Assembly (NCBI GenBank): GCA_038231275.1
Contig: JBBRLQ010000008.1
Location: 64,001-128,000, forward strand
From: Polyangiales bacterium
GTDB taxonomy: Bacteria > Myxococcota_A > Polyangia > Polyangiales > Polyangiaceae
DNA: 64,000 nucleotides
Reading direction: 5' to 3'
Of the stretch, positions 25,278 through 34,400 are shown piece by piece. The notes below the pieces were generated by a model. It did no database searches, had not been told where the DNA came from, and was given only the letters and a program-made list of their open reading frames with translations. The translations under genes were made by a program, and so were the position numbers. The stretch's first letter is position 1. Each line of letters starts with the position of its first letter.

Positions 25278-28200
25278 ATGCGCGTCACCCCCGCCTCCGG
25301 TCGTCCGGTCCTCTTCGCCTTCGCCGCCATCGTCGCCACAGTCGTGGCCGCGTGCTCGGGAGGGACACCTCCTGACACCGAGCGCACTGGCGGAGATGCG
25401 GGCGCCGCAGCTTCGCAGAGCGCCGCCGAGAGCACGACGCCGACGCCCGCACGCCCGTCGTACATCGGCGCTCCAGCGGACACGTCGCATTCGATCGTTC
25501 AGCGCGCGCCGACGGTGAACATCTCGCGAGCGTTCACCTCGCGCCCGCTCCGCGAGCTCGCGAACGCAGCCGAGGACGAGGGCGAAAAAGAGGAGGGCGG
25601 CGTGCATGCTCCCCTCCCCCTCCCGCTCGCGCCCGGCGTGTTGAGCCCGCTCCTCGCCCCCGATGCCGTGCTTCAGTCCGGCGCCCCCATTCGTCAGATG
25701 CCGGTCGCGCTCCGCAACTTTCTCGGCCAAGGCACCACGCTCGAAGGGTGCGTCTTCCCGAGCCCGCCCGCGGGCTGCACCACGACCGGCGATCCGGCCG
25801 ACACCAACGGCGCGGTCGGACCGAACCACTTCGTCCAGGTCGTCAACGGCGGCATCGGCATCTGGAACAAAGCCGGCACCGTCGTCATGACGCCGAAGAA
25901 AAATAACCTCCTCTGGGCCGGTTACCCGACGACCAGCGGCAACGCCTGCGCAGCGAGCAACAACGGCGACCCGGTCGTCGTCTACGATCAGATCGCCGAT
26001 CGCTGGCTCGTCACGCAGTTCGACATCCACAACTTCATCGCCAACACCGGCACGACGAACTACCAGTGCGTCGCCGTCTCGAAGACCGCCGATCCGACCG
26101 GCGCCTACTCGCTCTACGATTTCCCCTACGCGGGCCTGAACGACTACGGCAAATTCGGACTCTGGCCCGACGCGTACCTCGCGACGTTCAATTTGTTCAA
26201 CTCGGCCGGCACCGCGTTCCTCGGCTCGGACATTTGCGCGTACGATCGCGTGAGCATGCTGGCCGGCGCGACGGCGACGCAGCAGTGCTTCCAGCAGGGC
26301 GCGGGCGTGGGCGGCGTGTTGCCCGTGAGCATGGACGGCAAGGTTCTTCCGCCGCGCGGTGAGCCCGGATTTTTCGCGAACTTCGGCGCCGCCGTCGCGA
26401 ACATCTGGAAGATGCACGTCGACTGGGTGACGCCGGCCAACTCGACGCTCACCGGACCGACCTCGCTCGGCGTCGCGCCGTTCACGATCACGTGCTCGGG
26501 CATCTCGCGCCAGGCGTGCGTCCCGCAGCCGGGGACGGCGCAGCAGGTCTCCGCGCTCTCGGATCGCGCGATGTTCCGCCTCGCCTACCGAAACTTCGGC
26601 ACCCACGAGTCGCTCACCTTCAATCACGCGATCGCCGCCGGCGGCACGAGCGGCATTCGCTGGTACGAGCTGCGCGCGCCCAACGGCACGCCGACCGTCT
26701 TCCAGCAGGGCACGTACGCGCCGGCCGACGGCAACTGGCGCTGGCTCGGCAGCATGGCGATGGATCAGGCGGAGGACTTCGCGCTCGGCTTCAGCATCTC
26801 GAACGGCACGACGCTGAAGCCGTCCATCGCGTGGACGGGTCGCCTCAACGGTGACGCGGTCGGCACGATGGGACAGGGCGAGACCACGATCGACACCGGC
26901 GGCGGCGTCGAGACCGGCGCGAACCGCTGGGGCGACTACTCGAACATGACCGTCGACCCCGCCGACGACTGCACCTTCTGGTACACGTCGCAGCTCTTCA
27001 ACACGACCGGCACCTTCACGTGGGACACGAACATCGCGTCCGTGAAGTTCCCGAGCTGCGGCGCGAACGATTTCTCGATCGCCGTCGCGCCGCCGACGCA
27101 GTCCGTGCAGGAGAACCGCTCGGTCACCTACACCGTGACGACGACATCGACGGCAGGTGCGGCGGAGTCGATCGCGCTCGTCGTGCAAGATCTGCCGACC
27201 GGCGTGACCGGAAGCTTCAGCCCGGCGACGGTGACCGCGGGCGGGACGTCGACGCTGACGGTCTCGGCGACGATCGCTGCGCCAATCGTTCCGCTCACCA
27301 CGTTCACGGTCATCGGCAAGGCGCCGTCTGCGGTCCACGCCGCGAACGCGCAGGTCGCCGTCATCGCGTGCGCGCCTGGCACTACGTGCCCCGCGGGCCA
27401 GAACTGCGGCACCGCGCCCAACGGCTGCGGCGGCACCCTCAGCTGCGGCACCTGCACCGCGCCACAGACGTGCGGCGGTGGCGGCACGCCCAACCAGTGC
27501 GGATGCACGCCCATCACGACGTGCGGCGCCGGCCAGAACTGCGGCACCATCCCCAACGGCTGCGGAGGCACCGTCAACTGCGGCACGTGCACCGCGCCGA
27601 ACACCTGCGGCGGCGGAGGCGCCCCCAATCAGTGCGGATGCACCCCCGTCACCACGTGCCCGGCCGGCACCAACTGCGGCACGATCCCGAACGGCTGCGG
27701 CGGCACGGTGACATGCGGCCCCGCGTGCACCGCTCCGCAGACCTGCGGCGGCGGCGGAACCGCCAACATCTGCGGTTGCACGCCGCTCACGACGTGCCCG
27801 GGCGGCCAGAACTGCGGCACCGCCGCCAACGGCTGCGGCGGCACGCTGAGCTGTGGCACCTGCACCGCTCCGCAAACCTGCGGCGGCGGAGGAACGCCCA
27901 CCCAGTGCGGCTGCACGCCGGCGACGACGTGCCCGGCCGGTCAGGCCTGCGGCACCGCGCCCGACAACTGCGGCGGCAACGTCAACTGCGGCACCTGCGC
28001 CGCTCCGCAGACCTGCGGCGGCGGAGGCACCGCGAACCAGTGCGGATGCACCAAGACGACGTGCGCGGCGGAGGGGGCCCAGTGCGACTCCATCTCCGAC
28101 AAATGCGGCGGCACGCTGGCCTGCGGGTCGTGCGCGTCCGACAGCACGTGCGTCGCGAACAAGTGCGTCGCGCCGGGCACCGATGCCGGTGGTAGCACCG

Positions 28201-28457
28201 ACTCGGGCTCGAGCGGCGGGACCGACTCGGGCAGCCGCGCCGACGCCGCACAACCCGGCGGCGACGGCGGCGGCTCGAACGCGGACGGCGGAGGCGGAGG
28301 CGGCACCGGCAGCGACGGTGGCTGCGGTTGCCGCACCGTCGACGCGAAGCGTACGCCGTCGTGGGCGCTCACGGGTGTCGGCGGGCTCGCGCTCCTCGGC
28401 GCGCTCCGCCGGCGGCGCCGCACGAGCAAGCGCGACGTCAAGGCGACGCGCGTCTGA
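25278..28457 (+). CDS. Large surface protein with Cys-rich repeats and MYXO-CTERM sorting signal
   Basis: Lipobox VAAC; beta-rich N-terminal domain (DTNGAVGP..GDP..RWGDY); six 8-Cys repeats; C-terminus GGCGC..TM..RRRRR. Confidence 0.85.
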   Translation: MRVTPASGRPVLFAFAAIVATVVAACSGGTPPDTERTGGDAGAAASQSAAESTTPTPARPSYIGAPADTSHSIVQRAPTVNISRAFTSRPLRELANAAEDEGEKEEGGVHAPLPLPLAPGVLSPLLAPDAVLQSGAPIRQMPVALRNFLGQGTTLEGCVFPSPPAGCTTTGDPADTNGAVGPNHFVQVVNGGIGIWNKAGTVVMTPKKNNLLWAGYPTTSGNACAASNNGDPVVVYDQIADRWLVTQFDIHNFIANTGTTNYQCVAVSKTADPTGAYSLYDFPYAGLNDYGKFGLWPDAYLATFNLFNSAGTAFLGSDICAYDRVSMLAGATATQQCFQQGAGVGGVLPVSMDGKVLPPRGEPGFFANFGAAVANIWKMHVDWVTPANSTLTGPTSLGVAPFTITCSGISRQACVPQPGTAQQVSALSDRAMFRLAYRNFGTHESLTFNHAIAAGGTSGIRWYELRAPNGTPTVFQQGTYAPADGNWRWLGSMAMDQAEDFALGFSISNGTTLKPSIAWTGRLNGDAVGTMGQGETTIDTGGGVETGANRWGDYSNMTVDPADDCTFWYTSQLFNTTGTFTWDTNIASVKFPSCGANDFSIAVAPPTQSVQENRSVTYTVTTTSTAGAAESIALVVQDLPTGVTGSFSPATVTAGGTSTLTVSATIAAPIVPLTTFTVIGKAPSAVHAANAQVAVIACAPGTTCPAGQNCGTAPNGCGGTLSCGTCTAPQTCGGGGTPNQCGCTPITTCGAGQNCGTIPNGCGGTVNCGTCTAPNTCGGGGAPNQCGCTPVTTCPAGTNCGTIPNGCGGTVTCGPACTAPQTCGGGGTANICGCTPLTTCPGGQNCGTAANGCGGTLSCGTCTAPQTCGGGGTPTQCGCTPATTCPAGQACGTAPDNCGGNVNCGTCAAPQTCGGGGTANQCGCTKTTCAAEGAQCDSISDKCGGTLACGSCASDSTCVANKCVAPGTDAGGSTDSGSSGGTDSGSRADAAQPGGDGGGSNADGGGGGGTGSDGGCGCRTVDAKRTPSWALTGVGGLALLGALRRRRRTSKRDVKATRV
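27369..28169 (+). repeat. Coding tandem repeat, about 135-bp units (five full, one degenerate)
   Basis: Units start at 27369, 27504 etc.; consensus CTPxTTCPAGQNCGTxPNGCGGTxxCGTCTAPQTCGGGGTxNQCG. Confidence 0.9.
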
Positions 28458-30285
28458 GCTCCGTCAGCACCCAGCGCGACGCGTCGGCGACGCCCTCGAT
28501 GCAGTAGTGGACTCCGTCGGGACGGATCACCGTCCCGCGGAGCTCGCGCTGGCACTCGCCCTTCGGACAGAGCTCCTCGGCGAAGTCGAGCACGAGGACG
28601 CCCGGCACCGCCGCCGCCGCCTTGCGGATCTCGCGGTTGATGCAGTCGACCTCCGCGCGAAAATCGGCGCTGTCGTACGGCCCCAGGGGATACGGGATCG
28701 TCGAGGCGTAGACGCGTCCAAATGGCGACGTGAGCTCGGCGAGGCGCTTGGCGAGGTAGCCTTCGAATTTGTCGTCCCAGCCAGGGTGGCAGGACTTTCG
28801 CCATCGGCCGTCTACCGTGACGCCGTGGAGGAAGGCGCCGCCGAGGAAGACGATCGTGGCGTCGGGCCGAAGCTCGCGCACGTGCTGAGACCACACCTCG
28901 CCGCCGCACAGATCCGCGAGCATCGTGCAGCCGTCCTGGCCGCGGAGCTCCACGGTGACGCCGCGATCTTGGAGGCCACGGAGGCCCCACCCGAGCGAGT
29001 TCGCCGTGGAGTCGCCAAGGAGCATGATCCGGAAGGGCGGCGTCGGGCCTGCGTCGTCGAGGGCCGCCGCGATGTCGACGAGCGGTGGTGGCGAGGGTGG
29101 AGCAGGTCGCGCGTGCGTCGCGCGGACGACGAGGACGATCGCGAGCGCGACGGCGGCGGGGACCATCACGAGGGGGCGCCCGAACGGGAGGCCGCGCGTG
29201 CGGATCGGCCGCTCGAGGAAGCGGTACGAGACGATCGCGATCGCAAAGGTCAGCGCGAGGCGCAGCACCTGCAGGGGGAAGCCATGCACACGGACCCTCT
29301 CCGCGGTGAGGACGACGTCAATCGGCCAGTGCCAGAGGTAGAGGCCGTAGCTGATGGTGCCGACGAGGGCGAGAGGCCGAAACGCGAGGGCGCGCGCGAC
29401 GAGGCTCGCGGAGCCAGCGACGGCGCACGCGATGAGGACGAGCGCCGCGCCCTCCGTGAGCCAAAAGCCGCCGTGATAAAGGAGCGGGTCTTGGCCGTCC
29501 AGGGTCCACCACGCGGCGCCGAGCCCTATCGCCGCGAGGAGCCCCGCGACGTCGAGCGCGCGCGCGGTCCCCTTCGCGATCACCGACGTCGGCGGAACGA
29601 GCGCCGCGAAGGCCGCGCCCGCGAGGATGCCCGACGCGCGCGTGTCGGTCCCGAGGTACACGCGCGACACGCTCTCCGGATGGAAGAGGAGGAGCATCGA
29701 CGCGATCGACAGGGCGCCCGCGGCAATGGTCACGACGAGGACCGCGCGACGCGAGGCCACGCGGAGCAGCAGCGCGACCACGAGCGGCCATACGATGTAA
29801 AATTGCTCCTCGATCGCGAGGCTCCACGTGTGCTCGAGCGGCGAGGGCGACGCGAACAGCTCCCAGTAGCTCTTGTGCGAGAGGACGGCGCGCCAGTTCG
29901 CGACGTACCCGAGCGTCGCGAGCGCGTCGGCCCGGAGACCGGCGAGCTCGCCAGGCTTGGCGATGAACCACCCGTAGAGCGCGATCGCAGGCATGAGCGA
30001 AAGGAGCGCGGGAAAGAGCCTGCGCGCGCGACGCACCCAGAACGCCGAGAGCGCGATGCGCCCGGTGGCGGCGTGCTCGGCGAGGAGCAGCGACGTGATC
30101 AAGTACCCCGAGAGCACGAAGAACAGGTCGACGCCGAGGTACCCTCCCCGCAGCGCGCCGCCGGCGTGGAAAAAGAGGACGCCGAGGAGGGCGAGCCCGC
30201 GAAGCCCATCGAGCGCCGGCACGTGCGGCACGCGGGCGTGAGATGCCCCGCGATCTGTCGAAGACGAGCCCAATTCGCCGCCCAC
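28438..30285 (-). CDS. Acyltransferase-3 fused to SGNH domain (OatA/OafA-like O-acetyltransferase)
   Basis: LDGLRG, GVDLFFVLSGYLIT, RRARRL, HTWSLAIEEQFY; C-terminal GDS and DGVH; start uncertain. Confidence 0.88.
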   Translation of the reverse strand: MGGELGSSSTDRGASHARVPHVPALDGLRGLALLGVLFFHAGGALRGGYLGVDLFFVLSGYLITSLLLAEHAATGRIALSAFWVRRARRLFPALLSLMPAIALYGWFIAKPGELAGLRADALATLGYVANWRAVLSHKSYWELFASPSPLEHTWSLAIEEQFYIVWPLVVALLLRVASRRAVLVVTIAAGALSIASMLLLFHPESVSRVYLGTDTRASGILAGAAFAALVPPTSVIAKGTARALDVAGLLAAIGLGAAWWTLDGQDPLLYHGGFWLTEGAALVLIACAVAGSASLVARALAFRPLALVGTISYGLYLWHWPIDVVLTAERVRVHGFPLQVLRLALTFAIAIVSYRFLERPIRTRGLPFGRPLVMVPAAVALAIVLVVRATHARPAPPSPPPLVDIAAALDDAGPTPPFRIMLLGDSTANSLGWGLRGLQDRGVTVELRGQDGCTMLADLCGGEVWSQHVRELRPDATIVFLGGAFLHGVTVDGRWRKSCHPGWDDKFEGYLAKRLAELTSPFGRVYASTIPYPLGPYDSADFRAEVDCINREIRKAAAAVPGVLVLDFAEELCPKGECQRELRGTVIRPDGVHYCIEGVADASRWVLTELRRASP

Positions 30286-30326
30286 GATAGCGGAATAAGG
30301 TGGCCCGCGCGGGCGTACCCAACGCC

Positions 30327-30638
30327 ATGGCCTACCGTGACGAGCTAGAAGTAGCGCGGCTGCACGCCGAGCGGCTGGAAGAGGAAAACCGTGCGCTGCG
30401 CGAGCACCTCGGCGCATTGGGATCGAGCGCGAAGGCGCGGTCGCGGCTCGGCCCGTCGATCGCGATGGTGTTCTGGACGCTCGCCGCGTTGTCGGCAGGC
30501 ATCCTCGGCCTCGGCGCGCCGCCCGACGATCCAGACGCCGCGGCCGCCGCCGACGTGACGACGCTCGGCGACGTGGTGACGCCAGCCCCTGGGACCGACT
30601 GGGGTGACGTCCGGACGAGCGCCGCCGATCCTCTTTAA
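30327..30638 (+). CDS. Small hypothetical protein (coiled coil plus TM)
   Basis: MAYRDELEVAR..LEEEN then a hydrophobic stretch. Confidence 0.55.
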   Translation: MAYRDELEVARLHAERLEEENRALREHLGALGSSAKARSRLGPSIAMVFWTLAALSAGILGLGAPPDDPDAAAAADVTTLGDVVTPAPGTDWGDVRTSAADPL

Positions 30639-30642
30639 AGTG

Positions 30643-30724
30643 GAGCGAAGCGCAGCGGAGCGAAACGCTCCTGCCTCGAGAAATTCGAGCGAAGCGCAGC
30701 GGAGCGAAACGCTCCTGCCTCGAG
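30643..30724 (+). repeat. Exact 38-bp direct repeat pair, REP-like family (partial copies 3 and 4)
   Basis: GAGCGAAGCGCAGCGGAGCGAAACGCTCCTGCCTCGAG at 30643-30680 and 30687-30724. Confidence 0.85.
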
Positions 30725-30735
30725 CGAGACGTTCG

Positions 30736-31842
30736 CTACTTCGTGACGATCGCGGCCTGGCTGCTCGCGACGTAGCGCGCCTGCGCCTGCGCGCCCGTCA
30801 GGTAGGTGTCGTACGCGGTATTTCCGTGCAGCCAGCGCTCGTAGAACGCGACGACGTACGCACGCGCCATCGCATGGACCTGCGCGTTCGGCGCGGTCGC
30901 GGCGTTGCAGAAGCTGCACGTGACGCCGCACGACGCGACGTCGTCGAGGAAGCTCATGTGGTTGGCGCCGAGCACCGTGACCTGCAGACTCGGCGTCGTC
31001 GTCTTCGCGTAGAAGGTGGTGAAGTTCGACGCCGCGGGCGCGCACGCCTGAAAGCCGCCGGTCGCGTCGGTGGTCTCGCCGAGGAAGCCCGTCGGGATGT
31101 GGAGGCTCGGCATCAAGTCCGCCACGGTCACGCATTTCGGCGCGCTGCACGAGCCTCCGCCGCCGTCGACCGGATCGAGCTCGATCGCCGCTTTGACCCG
31201 CGGATCCATCGTCGCCGCGAGGAGGGCGACCTTACCGCCCAGCGAGTGGCCCGTCATGCCGAGGGTCGTGGCGTCCGTGACTGGACCGACGGTCGCGTCT
31301 GCCTTCGCCCAGTCGACGCCGCCAAGGAGATCTTTGGCCTCGGCGGGGTTGTCGTTTCCGAGGAGGCTCGTCGGAAAGTCCACGGTCAGCGCGACGTAGC
31401 CGAACGTCGCGAGGCGCGTGACGTACGCGCGGTACTGCGAGGGCGGGAGCTGGAAGCCGTGCGCGACGACGATCACCGGGTACGAGCCCGCGGTCGTCGG
31501 ATACGCGACGTGGATCGCGACGCTGTCGCCCGTTGCCGCGATCGTCGTGGTCGCGTCCTTCTCGGCGAACGCGAACGGGCCGTCGGCGTTCGGATCGGGA
31601 GGGCCGCCGAGCGCACCATCGCTCGTCGACGAGTCGGAGCCCGGGCGACTCGCGTCGCTTCCCCCGTCGAGCGACGGAGCCGCGCCGTCGGCCGAGAGCC
31701 CACCAGAGTCCGCGCCTGGGACGCCCCCTGCGTCGTTCGACGTCGTCCCGGGAGCGCCCGCGCCGCCGCTCGAGTCGCTTCCGCACCCAAGAAGAACGAG
31801 GGCCGAAATCACCCACGTGCCCGCTCGAACCCGCGCTCTCAT
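30736..31842 (-). CDS. Alpha/beta hydrolase lipoprotein (chlorophyllase/cutinase-like)
   Basis: Lipobox LLGC; YP..HGF oxyanion region, GHSLGG, LDPVD, GANHMSF. Confidence 0.85.
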   Translation of the reverse strand: MRARVRAGTWVISALVLLGCGSDSSGGAGAPGTTSNDAGGVPGADSGGLSADGAAPSLDGGSDASRPGSDSSTSDGALGGPPDPNADGPFAFAEKDATTTIAATGDSVAIHVAYPTTAGSYPVIVVAHGFQLPPSQYRAYVTRLATFGYVALTVDFPTSLLGNDNPAEAKDLLGGVDWAKADATVGPVTDATTLGMTGHSLGGKVALLAATMDPRVKAAIELDPVDGGGGSCSAPKCVTVADLMPSLHIPTGFLGETTDATGGFQACAPAASNFTTFYAKTTTPSLQVTVLGANHMSFLDDVASCGVTCSFCNAATAPNAQVHAMARAYVVAFYERWLHGNTAYDTYLTGAQAQARYVASSQAAIVTK

Positions 31843-31942
31843 TGGCCCGACCGTACGGTCGGCTTGTGCCAGAGTCAAGCCGCGGCGACGGCGGCCGATC
31901 GGTAGGAGCGCTTGAACACGGCCACCCCTGTATGATGGCGCG

Positions 31943-33280
31943 ATGGCGGTCACCTGCCCCGAATGCAAGGCAACGCTCGACGATCCGAGCAAGCCCTGCG
32001 AGTGGTGCGGTCACGCGGCAGCGCTCGAAGAGATGCTCCCGTCGGAGGCGGCCGCCACCGCGCCGCCGCCGCCCGACTACGCCGCGCAGGCGAGGCCTCC
32101 GGTGGTGGTGATTCCCCCGAACGACGGGCCGCCCCGTCCTACGAAGCCGGTGCTACGAAACACCGTCGCGCGGACGCCCGAGCCGTTCGCGACGCCCGAT
32201 GATCTGAGCGCGATCGCGCCCGAGCCGTTTACGTCGTCCAAAGCCCCGCGGCCGATCCCGAAGGAGCCGGAGCCGCTCACCACGGCGCCGCCTCCCCCGC
32301 GCCCTCCGAGCCTGCCGCCGTCGGCGATCGGGCTCGAGACGCCGGTGCATGCCGTGCCGTCGGTTCGCAAGACGCGCGAGCAGATCCTGGACGGCGACAA
32401 CGTCGAGAACCCGATCTCTCTCGAGGTCGACATGATCGCGCGCGCGCCGTCGGTGAGCGCGCGCGTCGCGGCGATCGCTGTGCCGATCATGCGCGGCCCG
32501 ATGCCGACGGGACCGGATCTAGACCCCGTCGAGGTCCGGATGGTGGCGCGGTTCGGCGCCGCGCCGGAGTCGTGGTGGACGACACCGTCGTACGTGCGCC
32601 ACGTCCGCGCGCGGCAGACCGAGCTCGTCGCCGAGAAGACGGCCGCCGAAGACCAGTACTTCGCCGCGAAAGGAGCGCTCGACGACGCGCTCGTGTCGAT
32701 CGGGCAGCGCGCCATCGCCGAGGTCCGCAACACCAGCAAGGCCCGCGGCTCGTTCTTGAAGACGCTCGATCGCCTCGCCAAGCGCGAGGCGGAGCTGAAG
32801 GCGGTGGACCCCGCGGCGATCGAAGAGTCGGAGCGCCAGCGCGAGCAGCTCCTCTCCCTGTACGAGCGCATCGAGATGGCGAAGGTGAAGCTCGCCTCCG
32901 CGAAGACGAAGGAGCTCACCGCGGAGCTCGCGTCGCTGCAGCAAGAGCGCGACGCCGCGGAGCGTGCGGCCAGGACGCCGGCGATGGCCCGCGATCCCGA
33001 GGTCGAGCGGGCGCGTGGGGCGTTCCGCCTGACCTGCGCCGACTTCGCGCAGATGGTCCTCGACGATCGCACCGCGTTCGGCGAGGAGTACGAGGAGCCC
33101 CGCGCCCGCGTCGCGCGCCTCCGCAACGCGTGCGACGCGGCGGAGAAGAAGGTGCTCCTCCACCGCGCCGCGCGAGACGCGTTCGACGAGAAGGCGCTCG
33201 CGACCGGCCTTCGGGTCATGTACGGGGCCATCGGCCTCGCGGTGCTCTCGTTGGTGGTCCTGGTGCTCGCGCTCAAGTAG
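31943..33280 (+). CDS. Hypothetical protein: zinc ribbon, Pro-rich linker, coiled coil, C-terminal TM
   Basis: CPEC..CEWC; heptad-rich region; hydrophobic C-terminus. Confidence 0.7.
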   Translation: MAVTCPECKATLDDPSKPCEWCGHAAALEEMLPSEAAATAPPPPDYAAQARPPVVVIPPNDGPPRPTKPVLRNTVARTPEPFATPDDLSAIAPEPFTSSKAPRPIPKEPEPLTTAPPPPRPPSLPPSAIGLETPVHAVPSVRKTREQILDGDNVENPISLEVDMIARAPSVSARVAAIAVPIMRGPMPTGPDLDPVEVRMVARFGAAPESWWTTPSYVRHVRARQTELVAEKTAAEDQYFAAKGALDDALVSIGQRAIAEVRNTSKARGSFLKTLDRLAKREAELKAVDPAAIEESERQREQLLSLYERIEMAKVKLASAKTKELTAELASLQQERDAAERAARTPAMARDPEVERARGAFRLTCADFAQMVLDDRTAFGEEYEEPRARVARLRNACDAAEKKVLLHRAARDAFDEKALATGLRVMYGAIGLAVLSLVVLVLALK

Positions 33281-33321
33281 GCCGAGGAAGATCCGGCGGC
33301 GGCCGCGCGTAGGACCGCACC

Positions 33322-34380
33322 GTGAGCCATCGTCTCCCTCTCGCCCTGGGCGTCTTCGTCCTCCTCGCCGCGGCGTGCTCGCTCAGCACGACGACCAACG
33401 ACGGAACGAGCGGCGGTTCCTCCTCCGGGAGCACGGGCGCGAGCGGCGGAACCAGCGGCGCGTCCTCGGGAGCCAGCGGAACGAGCGGGGCGAGCGGCAC
33501 CTCCGGAACGAGCGGCGCTTCGGGAACCAGCGGGACGAGCGGCACCTCCGGAACGAGCGGCGCTTCGGGAACCAGCGGGACGAGCGGCGCCTCCGGAGAC
33601 GCGGGCTCCGACGCCGCGGGCGGCGTCGTCAAGAAGGGCAACCTCACGGTCAACCAGACGGTGACGCACGCCGGAGGCAACGACTACTACAGCGCGTACG
33701 CCTTCGCCTCGTTCTACCAGTACGATCCGAAGGCGGGCGGAGGCGTCTGCACCGTGGCGACCACCGGCGCGTGCACGGTGACCACGTGCAACCTCGGCGG
33801 CGGGACGTCCGACGCGGGCGCCGTCACCTACCCGAACGCCGGCACGATCACGGTCACCACTCCCGCGCCTGCGACCTTCACGCTCACGCCGACGAACACG
33901 TACGGGACGTACACCACGCCGGTCGTTCAGACTCGCATCTGGACCGCCGGCGACACCGTGACCGCCAGCGCGACCGGCGCCGACGCGCCCGCGTTCGCCG
34001 GGAAGACGGTCACCGCGCCGAGCGACATCGTCGTGACCGCGCCCGTCTTCGACTCGGCGGCGCACACCACGCTCTCGCGCGCGAGCGACTTCGGCGTCGC
34101 GTGGTCGGGCGGCAGCACCGGCAACGTGCAGGTCACGGTGGGGACGTCGCAGCTCGGCGTGCGCTCGGTCTCCGCTGTGTGCGTGTTCTCCGCGGCGAGC
34201 GGCGCCGGCGCCGTCCCGGCCAGCGTCATGGGCCAGCTCGACAAGGCCGACGGATCGAGCATCTACGGATCGATCGTCGTCGTCCCGCAGATCGACGCGC
34301 CGTTCAAGGACGGCGACTGGGACGTGACCCTCCGCGCGAGCGCAGGCGGCAAGAACGGCCTCTTCAGCGCCACCGACTGA
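33322..34380 (+). CDS. Lipoprotein with (G-T/A-S)n linker and beta-rich domain
   Basis: Lipobox AAAC; GTS/GAS repeats at about 33403-33597. Confidence 0.8.
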   Translation: MSHRLPLALGVFVLLAAACSLSTTTNDGTSGGSSSGSTGASGGTSGASSGASGTSGASGTSGTSGASGTSGTSGTSGTSGASGTSGTSGASGDAGSDAAGGVVKKGNLTVNQTVTHAGGNDYYSAYAFASFYQYDPKAGGGVCTVATTGACTVTTCNLGGGTSDAGAVTYPNAGTITVTTPAPATFTLTPTNTYGTYTTPVVQTRIWTAGDTVTASATGADAPAFAGKTVTAPSDIVVTAPVFDSAAHTTLSRASDFGVAWSGGSTGNVQVTVGTSQLGVRSVSAVCVFSAASGAGAVPASVMGQLDKADGSSIYGSIVVVPQIDAPFKDGDWDVTLRASAGGKNGLFSATD

Positions 34381-34400
34381 TCGGACCCGACGTCGCGTCC

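Noticed and set aside
24897-28253. Very long alternative ORFs (also 32077-35367, 56954-59671, 60165-63269, 37893-40754, 8799-11048)
   Set aside because: Shadow frames of well-supported genes; Arg/Ala/Pro-rich without motifs, expected in GC-rich DNA
28438-28457. 20-nt convergent overlap of two genes
   Set aside because: Short 3' overlaps are common in GC-rich genomes and carry no evident signal
30643-30724. 38-bp direct repeats as a CRISPR array
   Set aside because: Only two units, a 6-nt gap and no cas genes; the sequence belongs to the dispersed REP-like family
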